Origin: a virus
Taxonomy: Duplodnaviria; Caudoviricetes
Length of the DNA stretch: 33,344 bases
Direction: 5' to 3' (one strand)
Virus record (IMG/VR): IMGVR_UViG_3300035544_000232
Location: 1-33,344 of that record
Shown: positions 1 through 9,830 of the stretch, in pieces
Position numbering within the stretch: the stretch's first letter is position 1
Layout: every line of letters begins with the position of its first letter
Translations under genes and position numbers: made by a program
The notes under the pieces: model-generated
Told to the model about the DNA's origin: nothing
Database searches by the model: none
What the model saw: only the letters and a program-made list of their open reading frames with translations

Positions 1-891
1 ATGTTCATCAATGGAAAAGAAGGAATAGTTGCAGAAGCTACTATTGATTATTATAATCAGCATAATAGAAAATTTTTAGTTTTTTTAAAAAATAAGAATA
101 TTGAAAACACAGATGAATTAAATAATCAAACTATAGATCACTATTTGGTTTGGCTCAATAATAATTTTGACATTAAAACTTCAACAGCAAATATAAAGAT
201 TAGGGCAATCCGACCATTTATATATTGGATGCAGAGAAAAGAAACAATTAAAATTAAAGAGTTTCAAATTAAAGAACTACCTGAAAGTAAAATTAAAAAT
301 CAGGAAATATATGATGAAAAAGAATTGGAAAAATTATTGAAGAAGCCTAATATGAAAAAAATTAAGTTTCCTGATTATAGGAATTGGGTTATTGTTAATT
401 TTTTAGTTGCAACTGGTGCAAGGAGACATACAACGGTAAATGTGAAAATAAGTGATCTAAATATGAATAAACGGAAAATCAGGTTATTTAATTTTAAAAG
501 ACATCAACATTATTTTATTGATTTTTATAATAGCTTCAATAATATTATGAAAGAATATTTGCAGATAAGAAAAGGAGAACCTGATCATTATCTTTTTCCA
601 ACACAGTATGGTAATCAGTTATCACCAAGTGGGCTTACAACAGCAATAAGTAGATATAATAGAGGAAGAGGAGTAGAAACGACCAGTCTCCACGCCTTTA
701 GACGCACATTCGCTTCTCTGTGGATTCAAAATGGTGGAGACCCCTATATACTATCAGATCTACTTGACCACGCTGAAATGGAAATGACAAGGCGTTATGT
801 ATATATGTTTCAGAATGATAAGAGGGTAGAAAGTTTCAATCCACTTGAAAGTTTGAATAATAAAAACAAGAAGAACTATATTGATATGTAA
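1..891 (+). CDS. Tyrosine recombinase / integrase (may be 5'-truncated by window edge)
   Basis: ATGARR (catalytic R), LHAFRRTFA (HxxR), LLDH..MTRRY (catalytic Y); N-terminal SAM-like region. Confidence 0.9.
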   Translation: MFINGKEGIVAEATIDYYNQHNRKFLVFLKNKNIENTDELNNQTIDHYLVWLNNNFDIKTSTANIKIRAIRPFIYWMQRKETIKIKEFQIKELPESKIKNQEIYDEKELEKLLKKPNMKKIKFPDYRNWVIVNFLVATGARRHTTVNVKISDLNMNKRKIRLFNFKRHQHYFIDFYNSFNNIMKEYLQIRKGEPDHYLFPTQYGNQLSPSGLTTAISRYNRGRGVETTSLHAFRRTFASLWIQNGGDPYILSDLLDHAEMEMTRRYVYMFQNDKRVESFNPLESLNNKNKKNYIDM

Positions 892-946
892 ATATTTATT
901 AGAAGTATGGGAGGAAATCGTTTTCCTACTATCTTATCAAAAACAC

Positions 947-975
947 TTGATTTTCACAATAAGAGAATATATAAT
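947..975 (+). promoter_or_regulatory. Sigma-A-like promoter with no downstream ORF
   Basis: TTGATT(947-952)-17 bp-TATAAT(970-975). Confidence 0.55.
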
Positions 976-981
976 TAATAA

Positions 982-1016
982 TAAAAAAAGGGTAGAGAAT
1001 TAGAGGTTCTCTACCC
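982..1016 (-). terminator. Intrinsic terminator of the replication operon
   Basis: Hairpin GGGTAGAGAA-N7-TTCTCTACCC with A7 on its left (U-tract on minus strand), downstream of helicase stop. Confidence 0.7.
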
Positions 1017-1073
1017 TACATACCATTTTTCTTTTTTGTTGCTTATAGATTAATTTCTATAAGCCCTTTTTTT
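982..1073 (+). ncRNA. Candidate ~90-nt small RNA (sRNA1)
   Basis: Promoter, hairpin GGGTAGAGAA/TTCTCTACCC, pyrimidine-rich linker, terminator GCTTATAGA/TCTATAAGC plus T-run. Confidence 0.45.
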
Positions 1074-2875
1074 TATAGCTGTAAGTCCTGTAAGTCCTGT
1101 GAGTCTATTTGAAATTCTTCTATATCTTCTAAATCAATATCATCAAAGTCAAAATCATCAGCATTATTATCTTCTTCATTCTTCAATTCTTCTTTTATTT
1201 CAGAAAGAGTTTTAGCTTTTATTCCTTCTTCATTTTTTTCTTTCTCATATTCTTCAGCAATTGCTTGGAAATTTTGATTATTTTCTTCTTTCTCTTTTTT
1301 GATTTTTTCTCCCATTTCTTCAAGAGTATATGATTTAGTTCCTTCTTCTTCAAGTTGTTTAACACTCTCTAATTCTGCTTTAGTTGCCTGTTCTTCGTGT
1401 CTATTACTATATTCCTGTATATACCCATATTCTTGGTCAAAGAAGAGAGGAACCATACCAAACCCTTTACCTGTACCCCTATTTTTTTCTATCATTAATT
1501 CAAGTTTTTGATTATGATTTAACCCTTTTTCTTTCAATTCTTCTTCTGAAAGACCATAACCTTCTCTATGAAGTAGATATACAAAGTGTGAATTATTAGC
1601 GAATGATTTTGACCATCGAATATCACTTTTCTTTGGTTTTTCATCAAGCATTTTCAGTTGAGCCAACCCGATTATTGCTATCTTATTACTTCTTGCAAAA
1701 GACAATAATTCTTTTGAAACTTCCCGAAAGTCAGCAGCAACACTGTTAGAATTTCCAATAGACACCATTTGCAGATAGTCTATATATATTAATTCTGCTT
1801 TATCTTTTCCCATTGAGAGATTAATTAACTGCTGTTTAATATTGTAATAAGAAGTATCTCCACTAACATCTATTATATGTTCTGCAAAATTATATTGCAT
1901 CATATCATCAACTATTTCATCTAATTTTTCTTTTCTATTAGAAAAATATCCTTTCCCTTCCCATTCATCAGATTCAATGTTTAATTTTCTATATTCAGGA
2001 ACTAAATTTGAGTGGATTGATAATAACCTTTGAATTATTTCATCTTTGTCTTCTTCAAGAGTCAGATAATATACATTATGTCCATTAATAATTTGGTTAT
2101 AGAACATAACCATTCCAAAGAATGTTTTTCCTACACCTGTATCTGCTGCAATAGTTCCCATTTCCCCACGACTTATTCCACCAATTCTATATTCTCGGTC
2201 AATAGTAGGAATAAAAGTAGGTATTCTATTTCCTTCTGCTTCTTTTTTTCTACCTTCTTCTACAATATCCTTAATAGTTCTACTATCAACAGTATTTTCT
2301 GGAAGGAAAGAGTTTAACCCATTCTGAAAAACCTTATTGGATTGAAATTCTTCTCCCTTTCTTTCCATTTCTTCAAGATTTAGTTTTGCCATTGCTAATT
2401 CATGTTTTGCTTTTTTTATTTTTCTTGCATTTTTTAATTTCTCTATATAATAGATAATTTCCTGATTATATATTTTTTCATTATATCCAAATTTGCGATT
2501 TAAAACCTCTTTGATTTCACCAACTATCATTTGAGCTGAACTAATTTCTTCTTCACTACCAGAAAACTCAACCAGTTCTTTTATTTCATCTAATTTGAAT
2601 TTTTCTTTTCTTCCTACCATATCTAATATATCTTTTGAAGAGTTTACTACTCTTAATGCGATTTTGGGTTGAACAGCCAGTTCATTAATTTTTGGTATTT
2701 TACCCCTACTGTTGTATTTATCTTTCCCAAATTTAAATAGCTGTTTATTAAATTGATTTAAAAGGTCTTTTGTTCTTAAGTTTTTAACTATATCCTCCTG
2801 ATCATTTTCTTGAAGAGGATTAAAAAATCTACCCAACACAATCTTTACCAGTTCTCTATATTCCATATTAAACAC
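1073..2875 (-). CDS. DnaB-like replicative helicase with long acidic C-terminal tail
   Basis: AADTGVGKT (H1), YYLTLEE (H1a), IYIDYLQ (H2), GLAQL (H3), SDIRWS..EKNRG (H4). Confidence 0.9.
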   Translation of the reverse strand: MFNMEYRELVKIVLGRFFNPLQENDQEDIVKNLRTKDLLNQFNKQLFKFGKDKYNSRGKIPKINELAVQPKIALRVVNSSKDILDMVGRKEKFKLDEIKELVEFSGSEEEISSAQMIVGEIKEVLNRKFGYNEKIYNQEIIYYIEKLKNARKIKKAKHELAMAKLNLEEMERKGEEFQSNKVFQNGLNSFLPENTVDSRTIKDIVEEGRKKEAEGNRIPTFIPTIDREYRIGGISRGEMGTIAADTGVGKTFFGMVMFYNQIINGHNVYYLTLEEDKDEIIQRLLSIHSNLVPEYRKLNIESDEWEGKGYFSNRKEKLDEIVDDMMQYNFAEHIIDVSGDTSYYNIKQQLINLSMGKDKAELIYIDYLQMVSIGNSNSVAADFREVSKELLSFARSNKIAIIGLAQLKMLDEKPKKSDIRWSKSFANNSHFVYLLHREGYGLSEEELKEKGLNHNQKLELMIEKNRGTGKGFGMVPLFFDQEYGYIQEYSNRHEEQATKAELESVKQLEEEGTKSYTLEEMGEKIKKEKEENNQNFQAIAEEYEKEKNEEGIKAKTLSEIKEELKNEEDNNADDFDFDDIDLEDIEEFQIDSQDLQDLQL

Positions 2876-3650
2876 CTTCCTTTAATTTGTCGAAATCAAA
2901 ATTATCAGCAGAAACTTCTTTTTCTTTTTCTCTATAATCCTTATAATGTTTACCTTCTTTAAACTTAAAAATCTCATAATTTCTTAACCTTGAAGAAATT
3001 CTTCCCCTATTATCATCAATATTTAAAATAACTTCTTCAATTGGTTCATTAGATATTAATACTGTTATTTTTGAACCTTTCATTCTTTGAGAAAGAAGCT
3101 CGCTTAAAAAACCAACATCATAAATATCAAAACCTTTATCTTTTTTATCTTCTTCTAATTTTAAAAATTCATCAATTATAAGAATTTCTCGACTTAATAT
3201 ATTATTTACTTCTTTTTTTAATTCAGTGTCTTTCCAACCATCCTTATATTTTTGAAGAAGAGTTTCATTATCTATAAGATAAGCTGTATTTTTAATTTTC
3301 ATACTCTCTTTTTCAACCCTTTTTATAATTCTATATATTAGTTTATTAGCCCAAAGTGTTTTTCCAGTTCCAGTTGGACCTTGTATATATATGTTGAGAT
3401 TGTTCCCTTGTTTCCAATTCCATATAATATATTGAAACGATTGTTGGAAAGAAAGTTCTCTTCCGTTAATAGTTACAATATTATAATTTTCCTCATCAAC
3501 ATTTACTTTAACTAATTCAGAGTTAGCACCCACAAAATCATATAACTTACTATACACACTTTCTTTTTGACAATCACAGACAGCAATTGTTCCAGAGGAG
3601 TTAAGGATATAACCCCTTCCACCACATTTTTCACATTTTTTATTTTCCAC
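2868..3650 (-). CDS. DnaC/IstB-like helicase loader ATPase
   Basis: CxxCxGxG..CxC zinc motif, GPTGTGKT Walker A, ILIIDEF Walker B, RISSRL; upstream of helicase. Confidence 0.88.
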   Translation of the reverse strand: MENKKCEKCGGRGYILNSSGTIAVCDCQKESVYSKLYDFVGANSELVKVNVDEENYNIVTINGRELSFQQSFQYIIWNWKQGNNLNIYIQGPTGTGKTLWANKLIYRIIKRVEKESMKIKNTAYLIDNETLLQKYKDGWKDTELKKEVNNILSREILIIDEFLKLEEDKKDKGFDIYDVGFLSELLSQRMKGSKITVLISNEPIEEVILNIDDNRGRISSRLRNYEIFKFKEGKHYKDYREKEKEVSADNFDFDKLKEGV

Positions 3651-3652
3651 TT

Positions 3653-4531
3653 TTAACCCACCTTTCGTTTTAATAAACCCATATCTTGAACTTTTTCAAG
3701 TTTCTTACCATATTTCTTTTTCCAGAAGGGAAGAGGTTTTATTATTCCTTCACTGTTTTCCCATAATTCCTCTTTTTCAGTCTTAACACTTGTTTTACCA
3801 ACCTTCTTCTTTGACAAGGTTTCATAATAATAATTATCATCTTTATAATAAGGCACATAATATTGATTTCTTCCAGAAATTTTTTCTACCTTCAGAAAAC
3901 CATTTTCAACAAGATCCTTCATATGTCTATATATTGTCTTTTTTGATTTCCCTATTATTTGACCAATTCTTTTCTGAGACATGAACAGTTTTCTAATTCC
4001 ATATTTAGCGTTGTTAGATTTTGAGAGACGGTGATTGCGAGAATTATATAACTTGTAAAGTATGAAAATATAAGTACGAACATTAGTTTTCCCAAATGTT
4101 TCGAGATAGTTCTTGATTTTGTGAAGAGGAATATTTGCAAAACCTATTCTTTCTCCTTCTATTTCTTTTGTGCCCTCTTGTTTCTTAAAATCATAGAAGA
4201 ATTTTCTGTTTTTTTTATCTCCTTCAATTTTTACAATACCCATTTTTTCGAACTTTTGCATTGCCCTATAATTATTTTCCGAAGCAATTTCAAAGGATTT
4301 TCCTGCTATTTTTAAATTTCTCCACTCTTCATTATTAATAAGATATTTCTTTCCGCTGCCTTCCCATTCCTTATTATACTGCCAGATAGAAATAAGAAGA
4401 AGCATTTCAGTATCAGTCATTTTCCAGAAATCATCAATATATTTATACTTAATCCTGAAAAAATATCTTTGTTTATTTTCAATGTGAGGATCGAGGTAAA
4501 TACCATTTTTCTTTTTTTGTTTTCCTTCCAA
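3653..4531 (-). CDS. Putative replication initiator (winged-helix)
   Basis: MSQKRIGQIIGKSKKTIYRHMKDLVENGFL..RNQYYV wHTH; precedes loader and helicase; SD AGAAAGGTGG. Confidence 0.7.
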   Translation of the reverse strand: MEGKQKKKNGIYLDPHIENKQRYFFRIKYKYIDDFWKMTDTEMLLLISIWQYNKEWEGSGKKYLINNEEWRNLKIAGKSFEIASENNYRAMQKFEKMGIVKIEGDKKNRKFFYDFKKQEGTKEIEGERIGFANIPLHKIKNYLETFGKTNVRTYIFILYKLYNSRNHRLSKSNNAKYGIRKLFMSQKRIGQIIGKSKKTIYRHMKDLVENGFLKVEKISGRNQYYVPYYKDDNYYYETLSKKKVGKTSVKTEKEELWENSEGIIKPLPFWKKKYGKKLEKVQDMGLLKRKVG

Positions 4532-4600
4532 TAGAAAACACCACCTTTCTTTTTAATTATCTTTTTTTGTTTTTTGGAGTGGTGTGATTAAATAATTCAA

Positions 4601-4891
4601 TTATAATCCTGCTTTTTCAATTTCTTTTTCAATAATTGACTGAATAATATCTCTCATAGTACATTCCTGCATATAAGCTTCAGTTTTAACTTTTTGATGT
4701 GTTTTTTCGTCAAGGAGAACTCTTTTTCTCTTATAATTTTCTCCTTCGTTATATGATTTAGCATTAAGAGTGTTGAGATTTTCTTCAATAACTCTATTAA
4801 TATAGTCTTCCATTTTTTCTCCATTAAGACTTGCAAGAGCCTTCATTTTATCCCAAAGTTCAGTATTGAAACTCCCAATATAATCTTGCAT
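4601..4891 (-). CDS. Tandem ribbon-helix-helix DNA-binding protein
   Basis: Two RHH-like units (ELWDKMKALA..MEDYINRVIEE; LLDEKTHQKVK.EA..TMRDIIQSIIE); ATG 4891 with GGAGG SD. Confidence 0.6.
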   Translation of the reverse strand: MQDYIGSFNTELWDKMKALASLNGEKMEDYINRVIEENLNTLNAKSYNEGENYKRKRVLLDEKTHQKVKTEAYMQECTMRDIIQSIIEKEIEKAGL

Positions 4892-4979
4892 TTTAAATCC
4901 TCCTTCCATAATTTGATTCTAATTAATATTTATTGATTTGGATTTTAAAAAAATATGTCCAAATTCTTATCTTGATACT

Positions 4980-5008
4980 ATTATATAATATTTATTATTT
5001 AGAGTCAA
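4980..5008 (-). promoter_or_regulatory. Leftward sigma-A promoter 1
   Basis: TTGACT-17-TATAAT on minus strand. Confidence 0.75.
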
Positions 5009-5067
5009 GTAATTACTGTAATTAATTTTTATTATTTTAAAGAAATCTTTTCCACTTGATATTTATT

Positions 5068-5095
5068 ATTATACACTACTTATTCTTTATGTCAA
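5068..5095 (-). promoter_or_regulatory. Leftward sigma-A promoter 2
   Basis: TTGACA-16-TATAAT on minus strand. Confidence 0.65.
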
Positions 5096-5146
5096 GAGAT
5101 TTTACAAAAAAACTTTAATTATTTTAAAAATTAGTATATTTGAGGG

Positions 5147-5550
5147 AAAACTATCCTGTCTATATGTCCACTCTATCCTGTCTATATGTCCACTCCTAAC
5201 CATCTATCCTGCGAAGGTGTCCACTCCTTCTACTAAATCCTGCATGTATGTCCACTCTGAAATCGGGATTATAAGCGAAGTGTCGGGCAGGAGGTGGATT
5301 TGACTATAGTATTAGATCTTGTATAGATTAAATAAGTATAGAAAGTAGAGTATAGCAGGTAGTTAATTATGATAATTATTTTTTTAAAAAACCCCTTTCA
5401 AATAATAAATAAAGATTAAAAACCTAAACCTTTTAGAAATAAATAAATTTTGATTATTAATATCAGAAAACCCTCCGTTAATAACAAACCTGCAAATTAG
5501 ATTCCTGGAGGTTAATGATTATGGGAAGGGGGTTATAAAAATAATAATAA
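5147..5550. repeat. Origin-like element, copy 1 (four iterons plus AT-rich region)
   Basis: ATCCTG-N6-TGTCCACT in 22-mers starting at 5151, 5173, 5204, 5235; whole block recurs at 18730-19134. Confidence 0.8.
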
Positions 5551-6011
5551 CTATAGAATTTAAAAGAAGTTTTAAATTTAGCAGATTTAAATAGATTTAT
5601 TTTTAAAATTATTATAGTAAAAAACCTGGATAACTAATTTAATGTTGTAATTTAAAAGAAGTTTTGAATGATAAATACATAAATGAATCTGGGAGGTTAA
5701 TAATTATAGGATGGTTTTAAATAAATAAAATATCAGGATTATTATATATGAACAATCATTCATATAATTTTACATTGAACAGGGGGTTTCATTTTAATAA
5801 TTTCACACTTTAATATGTTAAAGTATCTAAATATTAAATAGCCGATCTTTTTTATATAATAGCTTTTTAAGTTTTTAAAAAATTATAAAAATTAAAGCAT
5901 AAAATCCCCTATATATAATGTAGGGAAATGTAAAAAGAAAAAGTAGGGTTTAACTCTAAATTATCAGAAAATTTAAACTTTAATAAAATAGTAAAAAAGT
6001 TTAAAAAATCC

Positions 6012-6040
6012 TTGACAAAGAAAATAAAGAATAGTATAAT
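6012..6040 (+). promoter_or_regulatory. Rightward sigma-A promoter 1
   Basis: Perfect TTGACA-17-TATAAT. Confidence 0.8.
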
Positions 6041-6100
6041 AATATCAAGATAACAAATAATGGAAATAAAGGAAAAAAGTAAATTATTTTCCAAAATCTC

Positions 6101-6130
6101 TTGACATTCAAAATAACTATATGATATAAT
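6101..6130 (+). promoter_or_regulatory. Rightward sigma-A promoter 2
   Basis: TTGACA-18-TATAAT with TGn extended -10. Confidence 0.75.
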
Positions 6131-6244
6131 AGTATTAAAATAAGAAAAGGCGACAGAATATATTTTTTTAAATGCTAAATCAATAAATATTAATAGTAGG
6201 AAATGAATACCAAATAAAATTAGGAGAAATTAGGAGGAATTAAA

Positions 6245-6433
6245 ATGTTTGAACTATTTTCAGAACTACCAATCTTTCTTCAGAGGACTATTCAGATATT
6301 ATCGGTTATAACAGCTTTCTGGACTTATATCTACACAATAATTACAATAGTTGGAGAATGGAAGAAAAATCAGGCAGCCAAAAGAGTAGAAAAAACAAAA
6401 GGAATTAAAGATGGTTATTGGAATAAAGTATAA
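6245..6433 (+). CDS. Small single-pass membrane protein
   Basis: AGGAGG SD; hydrophobic ILSVITAFWTYIYTIITIV then basic tail. Confidence 0.65.
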   Translation: MFELFSELPIFLQRTIQILSVITAFWTYIYTIITIVGEWKKNQAAKRVEKTKGIKDGYWNKV

Positions 6434-6535
6434 TAATTAATATTAGACAAAAAATAAAAAAATGCGACAATAAGGAAGAAAAATCTCGAGATTAGTTTTC
6501 CTTCAGCTTTTCAGATTAATTTCTGAAAGGCTGGA

Positions 6536-7174
6536 ATGAGAGCTGATTACTCTCGGAAACAATTTTCAAAAAAACAAAAAAAGAAAGGGAAGTGGTTTTT
6601 TGTGAGAAAAAGTAAAATTGAAAGAATGGAAGCGTTGCATATTGTGTTGGAGGAAATTGAAGAACTTCAGAGGAAAAGAGAACAGAAAGGTCAAGTAGTC
6701 TGTTTTCGTGAAGTTAAGGATATTATGAAAGAAAAGAGACCATATGATAGTCAGGATTATGCAGGGTTATTAATGTTAGAAAAAAGCATATATAATAATA
6801 ATCAGAATAAATATCTTGTCGATCTTTTTCAGAGTATGGTTGATAGAGAAGAAAATAGATTAATTCAAATGTCTGCTCAAAATGAATACCAAATTACTTC
6901 AGGCTATGTAGAAGATTTTGAAGACAGTTTTGAAAATAGAGATGAAAAAGCTATTAAGGATATTATGGGTAGTAGAAATAGAGAACAAATACTATATAGT
7001 GTAGCAGTTATGTTCCACGAGGAAGGCACAGAAAACGAATGTGCAGGATTAATTAATTATAGTAGTGATAATAACTATGTTGAATATGCACTTCAAGAAC
7101 TGGCTAATAAGGTGGGGATACCAGTATATTGTATGTTGGAGCAGGCAGAAAAAGAAGTTCAGAAGGTGGCTTAA
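6536..7174 (+). CDS. Hypothetical protein (true start may be ~6602)
   Basis: Long ORF in early operon; no family recognised. Confidence 0.6.
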   Translation: MRADYSRKQFSKKQKKKGKWFFVRKSKIERMEALHIVLEEIEELQRKREQKGQVVCFREVKDIMKEKRPYDSQDYAGLLMLEKSIYNNNQNKYLVDLFQSMVDREENRLIQMSAQNEYQITSGYVEDFEDSFENRDEKAIKDIMGSRNREQILYSVAVMFHEEGTENECAGLINYSSDNNYVEYALQELANKVGIPVYCMLEQAEKEVQKVA

Positions 7175-7277
7175 AAAAAATAAATAAAAGGGGTTATAAA
7201 AATCGAAATTAAACCAGACAGAGAAAATAGTATTTATACCACCACCCCTTATTATAATTTGAAAGGTGGTAGGTAAA

Positions 7278-7775
7278 GTGAAAAATTTGTTGGCTATTGA
7301 TACTGGCTATCGGAATGTTGGGATCGCAATCATTGAAATTGCGACTGGAAAGGTTATAGATACTGCAACTATTACAACTGGAAAACTTCCATTCTATGAA
7401 GCAATTGCAGAGGTTACAGGTTGGATTGGTCAAACCATAGAAGAAATGGATATAGAAATTATAGTATATGAAAATGTGTTTGGAAGAGGGAAGGTTAGAG
7501 AAGTTTCAGGGACAATCATCAAGACTGGTATAGATAGAGGAATAACAAAGTTCTGCAAGTATTCTCCAGGTCATATGAAGAAAGTGATTACTGGAAATGG
7601 TCGCTGTAAAAAAGAAGAAGTAGAAAAAGTCCTTCAAGAAAAATATGATATAGATACAAGCAATATGACAGACCACGAAACAGATGCAATAGGTCATGGC
7701 ATAACTTATCTTATCGACAATGCAGACCAGATTACAGAGCAATTAGTAAAAGAAGGTGGTCTGATTGAAGAATAA
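7278..7775 (+). CDS. ruvC: RuvC-like Holliday junction resolvase
   Basis: LLAIDTG..G, IVYE, YSP..MKKVITGNGRCKKEEV, HETDAIG; GTG 7278 fits SD GAAAGGTGG. Confidence 0.85.
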   Translation: MKNLLAIDTGYRNVGIAIIEIATGKVIDTATITTGKLPFYEAIAEVTGWIGQTIEEMDIEIIVYENVFGRGKVREVSGTIIKTGIDRGITKFCKYSPGHMKKVITGNGRCKKEEVEKVLQEKYDIDTSNMTDHETDAIGHGITYLIDNADQITEQLVKEGGLIEE

Positions 7776-8271
7776 TGTTGAAGAATTAGAGTTGTCGGAT
7801 TCTATTAAGGAACAAGCAATTGGTCTTCTTCAAGCAAGATTTGACCTAAAAAACAAAATTAACCTAATTAAGAAAAAAAGAGCCTGGGCTTCAGAGCTTT
7901 CAGGAGTTGATTATACAAGAGAGAAAGTTCAGGAATATGGTATAGCAGACAGTACAGCAGAACACGCTATTGGAGCAATTATGCAGGAAGTAGATATACT
8001 TCACATTCAATACATTGTTAATAATATTGAAAAAGCAATCGAAAAACTACCAGAAGAAGAAAAGAAACTAATCAAATTAAAATATGAAGAAAATAATATA
8101 GCAAATGATAACTATGTAATGGATAATATATATATAGGAAAAACAAAATACTATGAAATGAAGAAGAGAGCAATTAAAAGGTTTGCCTTATATATTGGGT
8201 TGTTAAGTCTTGATTTTGATAATAGTTTTGTTCAGTTTTCGGAAAATAAGTATAAAGAAATGGAATTATAA
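7765..8271 (+). CDS. ArpU/RinA-family late transcriptional activator
   Basis: IEKAIEKLPEEEKKLIKLKY..IYIGKTKYYEMKKRAIKRFA sigma-region-4-like HTH. Confidence 0.75.
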   Translation: MKNNVEELELSDSIKEQAIGLLQARFDLKNKINLIKKKRAWASELSGVDYTREKVQEYGIADSTAEHAIGAIMQEVDILHIQYIVNNIEKAIEKLPEEEKKLIKLKYEENNIANDNYVMDNIYIGKTKYYEMKKRAIKRFALYIGLLSLDFDNSFVQFSENKYKEMEL

Positions 8272-8379
8272 ATTAATTATTAATAAGGAATTATAAATTA
8301 GAAGCTAAAATATTATATTGTTAGTTAAAATAGAAACCACACCACTCCTCCTTATTAAGGGGAAAGGTGTTGAAAATAA

Positions 8380-8979
8380 ATGAGTGGAAAACATTTCACA
8401 GAAAAGTTAAAAGATTTTGGAGATATGGTTAACGAGTTAATGAGAGAAAACGGGTACTACGATGTTGTAGTGCAAAAAATTTTTTCTGATAAAAGTATAA
8501 TTTTGGAAGAAATAGAAAATCACGGGCTGCAGGATACAGAAGAGAATAGAATATTGGATCAGAACCTGAAGATAGATTTGTCTCTTAATTGCAGAAATAA
8601 AAAAGGCTTGAAGAAGAAAATATATATACAAGAACATTCCAGAAGTCAACAAGCTTGGAAACATGATGATATTACTATTACAGGGCAGAATCCTAACTGT
8701 GGGGCAGAATTTGAGAAGACAGCTGCACAATATATGGTGTATGTTGTTACAGATGCTATCACCGATAATGGGAAAATTATTAAACCACCAACACAAATAA
8801 TCAAATTAGTGGTTATTATTCTGGTATTAGTTGATAATGCAATCTTTTCAGGAAATATTAACTATGAGACTATTGGAAATTTCAAATCACAACATATGTT
8901 CGCTGTTCCAATAAGTGAAATTCAGAAAATAGATAATGCCTTATTGTTATACACAAAAGCAAAAAGGAAGGTGGGGTAA
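8380..8979 (+). CDS. Hypothetical protein, possible PD-(D/E)xK-fold
   Basis: LDQNLKIDL..IYIQEHSR resembles the D..ID..QEKxR pattern of phage restriction-like folds. Confidence 0.4.
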   Translation: MSGKHFTEKLKDFGDMVNELMRENGYYDVVVQKIFSDKSIILEEIENHGLQDTEENRILDQNLKIDLSLNCRNKKGLKKKIYIQEHSRSQQAWKHDDITITGQNPNCGAEFEKTAAQYMVYVVTDAITDNGKIIKPPTQIIKLVVIILVLVDNAIFSGNINYETIGNFKSQHMFAVPISEIQKIDNALLLYTKAKRKVG

Positions 8980-8981
8980 TA

Positions 8982-9071
8982 ATGGATGATATGGATGCTA
9001 TTGTTCTTGCCTTCTTTGTTATTATCGGTGTGATTGTTGGTCAGGCTTTCATTATTGAGGTGTTGCTATAA
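8982..9071 (+). CDS. 29-aa hydrophobic peptide (not in ORF track)
   Basis: MDDMDAIVLAFFVIIGVIVGQAFIIEVLL; purine-rich SD; TAATG overlap with next gene. Confidence 0.55.
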   Translation: MDDMDAIVLAFFVIIGVIVGQAFIIEVLL

Positions 9072-9466
9072 TGAAAAAAAAGTTTAAAAATATTATTGGA
9101 AAAATTGATGAAGTCCTTCTTCTTGAGGATTATCTGGGATTATGGGTTATTAACCACAACGGAAATCGGATTAAGTTAGATATCAGAAAAAATCCTACTA
9201 TTCCTTTCCAGAGCAATACTGATATTTTTCAAGAAGGGAAATTAAAAAAAGGGAACAATATTATCGTTGTGGTTAGTCAAAAAGGGCTTCCTATTGCTTA
9301 TTTGGTATGGAATAGGGATTGGATTGGTGTAGAGGAATATAGGGGCGTTATGGCTTATATTGAGGACACAACCCCTTCTAATATAGATGTTAATTATCAG
9401 GTTGACTATTATAGAGGGAAAGATATTATTTTCTTCCCAAAAACAAAAATAGAAAGGGTTGATTAG
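9071..9466 (+). CDS. Hypothetical protein
   Basis: GAGGTG SD, operon packing. Confidence 0.6.
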   Translation: MKKKFKNIIGKIDEVLLLEDYLGLWVINHNGNRIKLDIRKNPTIPFQSNTDIFQEGKLKKGNNIIVVVSQKGLPIAYLVWNRDWIGVEEYRGVMAYIEDTTPSNIDVNYQVDYYRGKDIIFFPKTKIERVD

Positions 9467-9824
9467 TGTGAGAAAGTATGAATTGGTTCAAGTTGTTGGT
9501 GTTGAAGAGGATCAGGAAAATAAAAAAAATGTTATTATTAAGTTAGAAAATAATTACAAGAAAATAATGAATAGTGAGACTTGCAAATTTCTCGAAATTG
9601 AAAAAGGGGATTATGTTCTATTTCAAAATACATATAATATTATAATGTGTTATTTTGAAAAAGAACCAAAATTAAAACAAGCATTAGTAGAGATAGAGGA
9701 ATATGAAAAACTTTCTGAAATGTGGAGGGATGGAAAAGGACACTCAAAAATAAGAAAGAAAAAATGGAAAGAAATTAATCAACTGAAAGAAGAATTTCGG
9801 AAAGAGTTTCAAGAAAAAGTGTAA
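9459..9824 (+). CDS. Hypothetical protein
   Basis: Overlaps previous stop; GAAAGGG SD. Confidence 0.6.
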   Translation: MISVRKYELVQVVGVEEDQENKKNVIIKLENNYKKIMNSETCKFLEIEKGDYVLFQNTYNIIMCYFEKEPKLKQALVEIEEYEKLSEMWRDGKGHSKIRKKKWKEINQLKEEFRKEFQEKV

Positions 9825-9830
9825 AAAAAA

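Noticed and set aside
892-1072. attP/att core
   Set aside because: No second copy or tRNA-like core identifiable within the window
5151-5256. CRISPR mini-array
   Set aside because: Gaps between repeats are 0, 9 and 9 bp, too short for spacers; no cas genes; helical phasing fits iterons
5509-5538. Mini-ORF after GGAGG in origin-like block
   Set aside because: Only a few codons; SD and stop not conserved in copy 2
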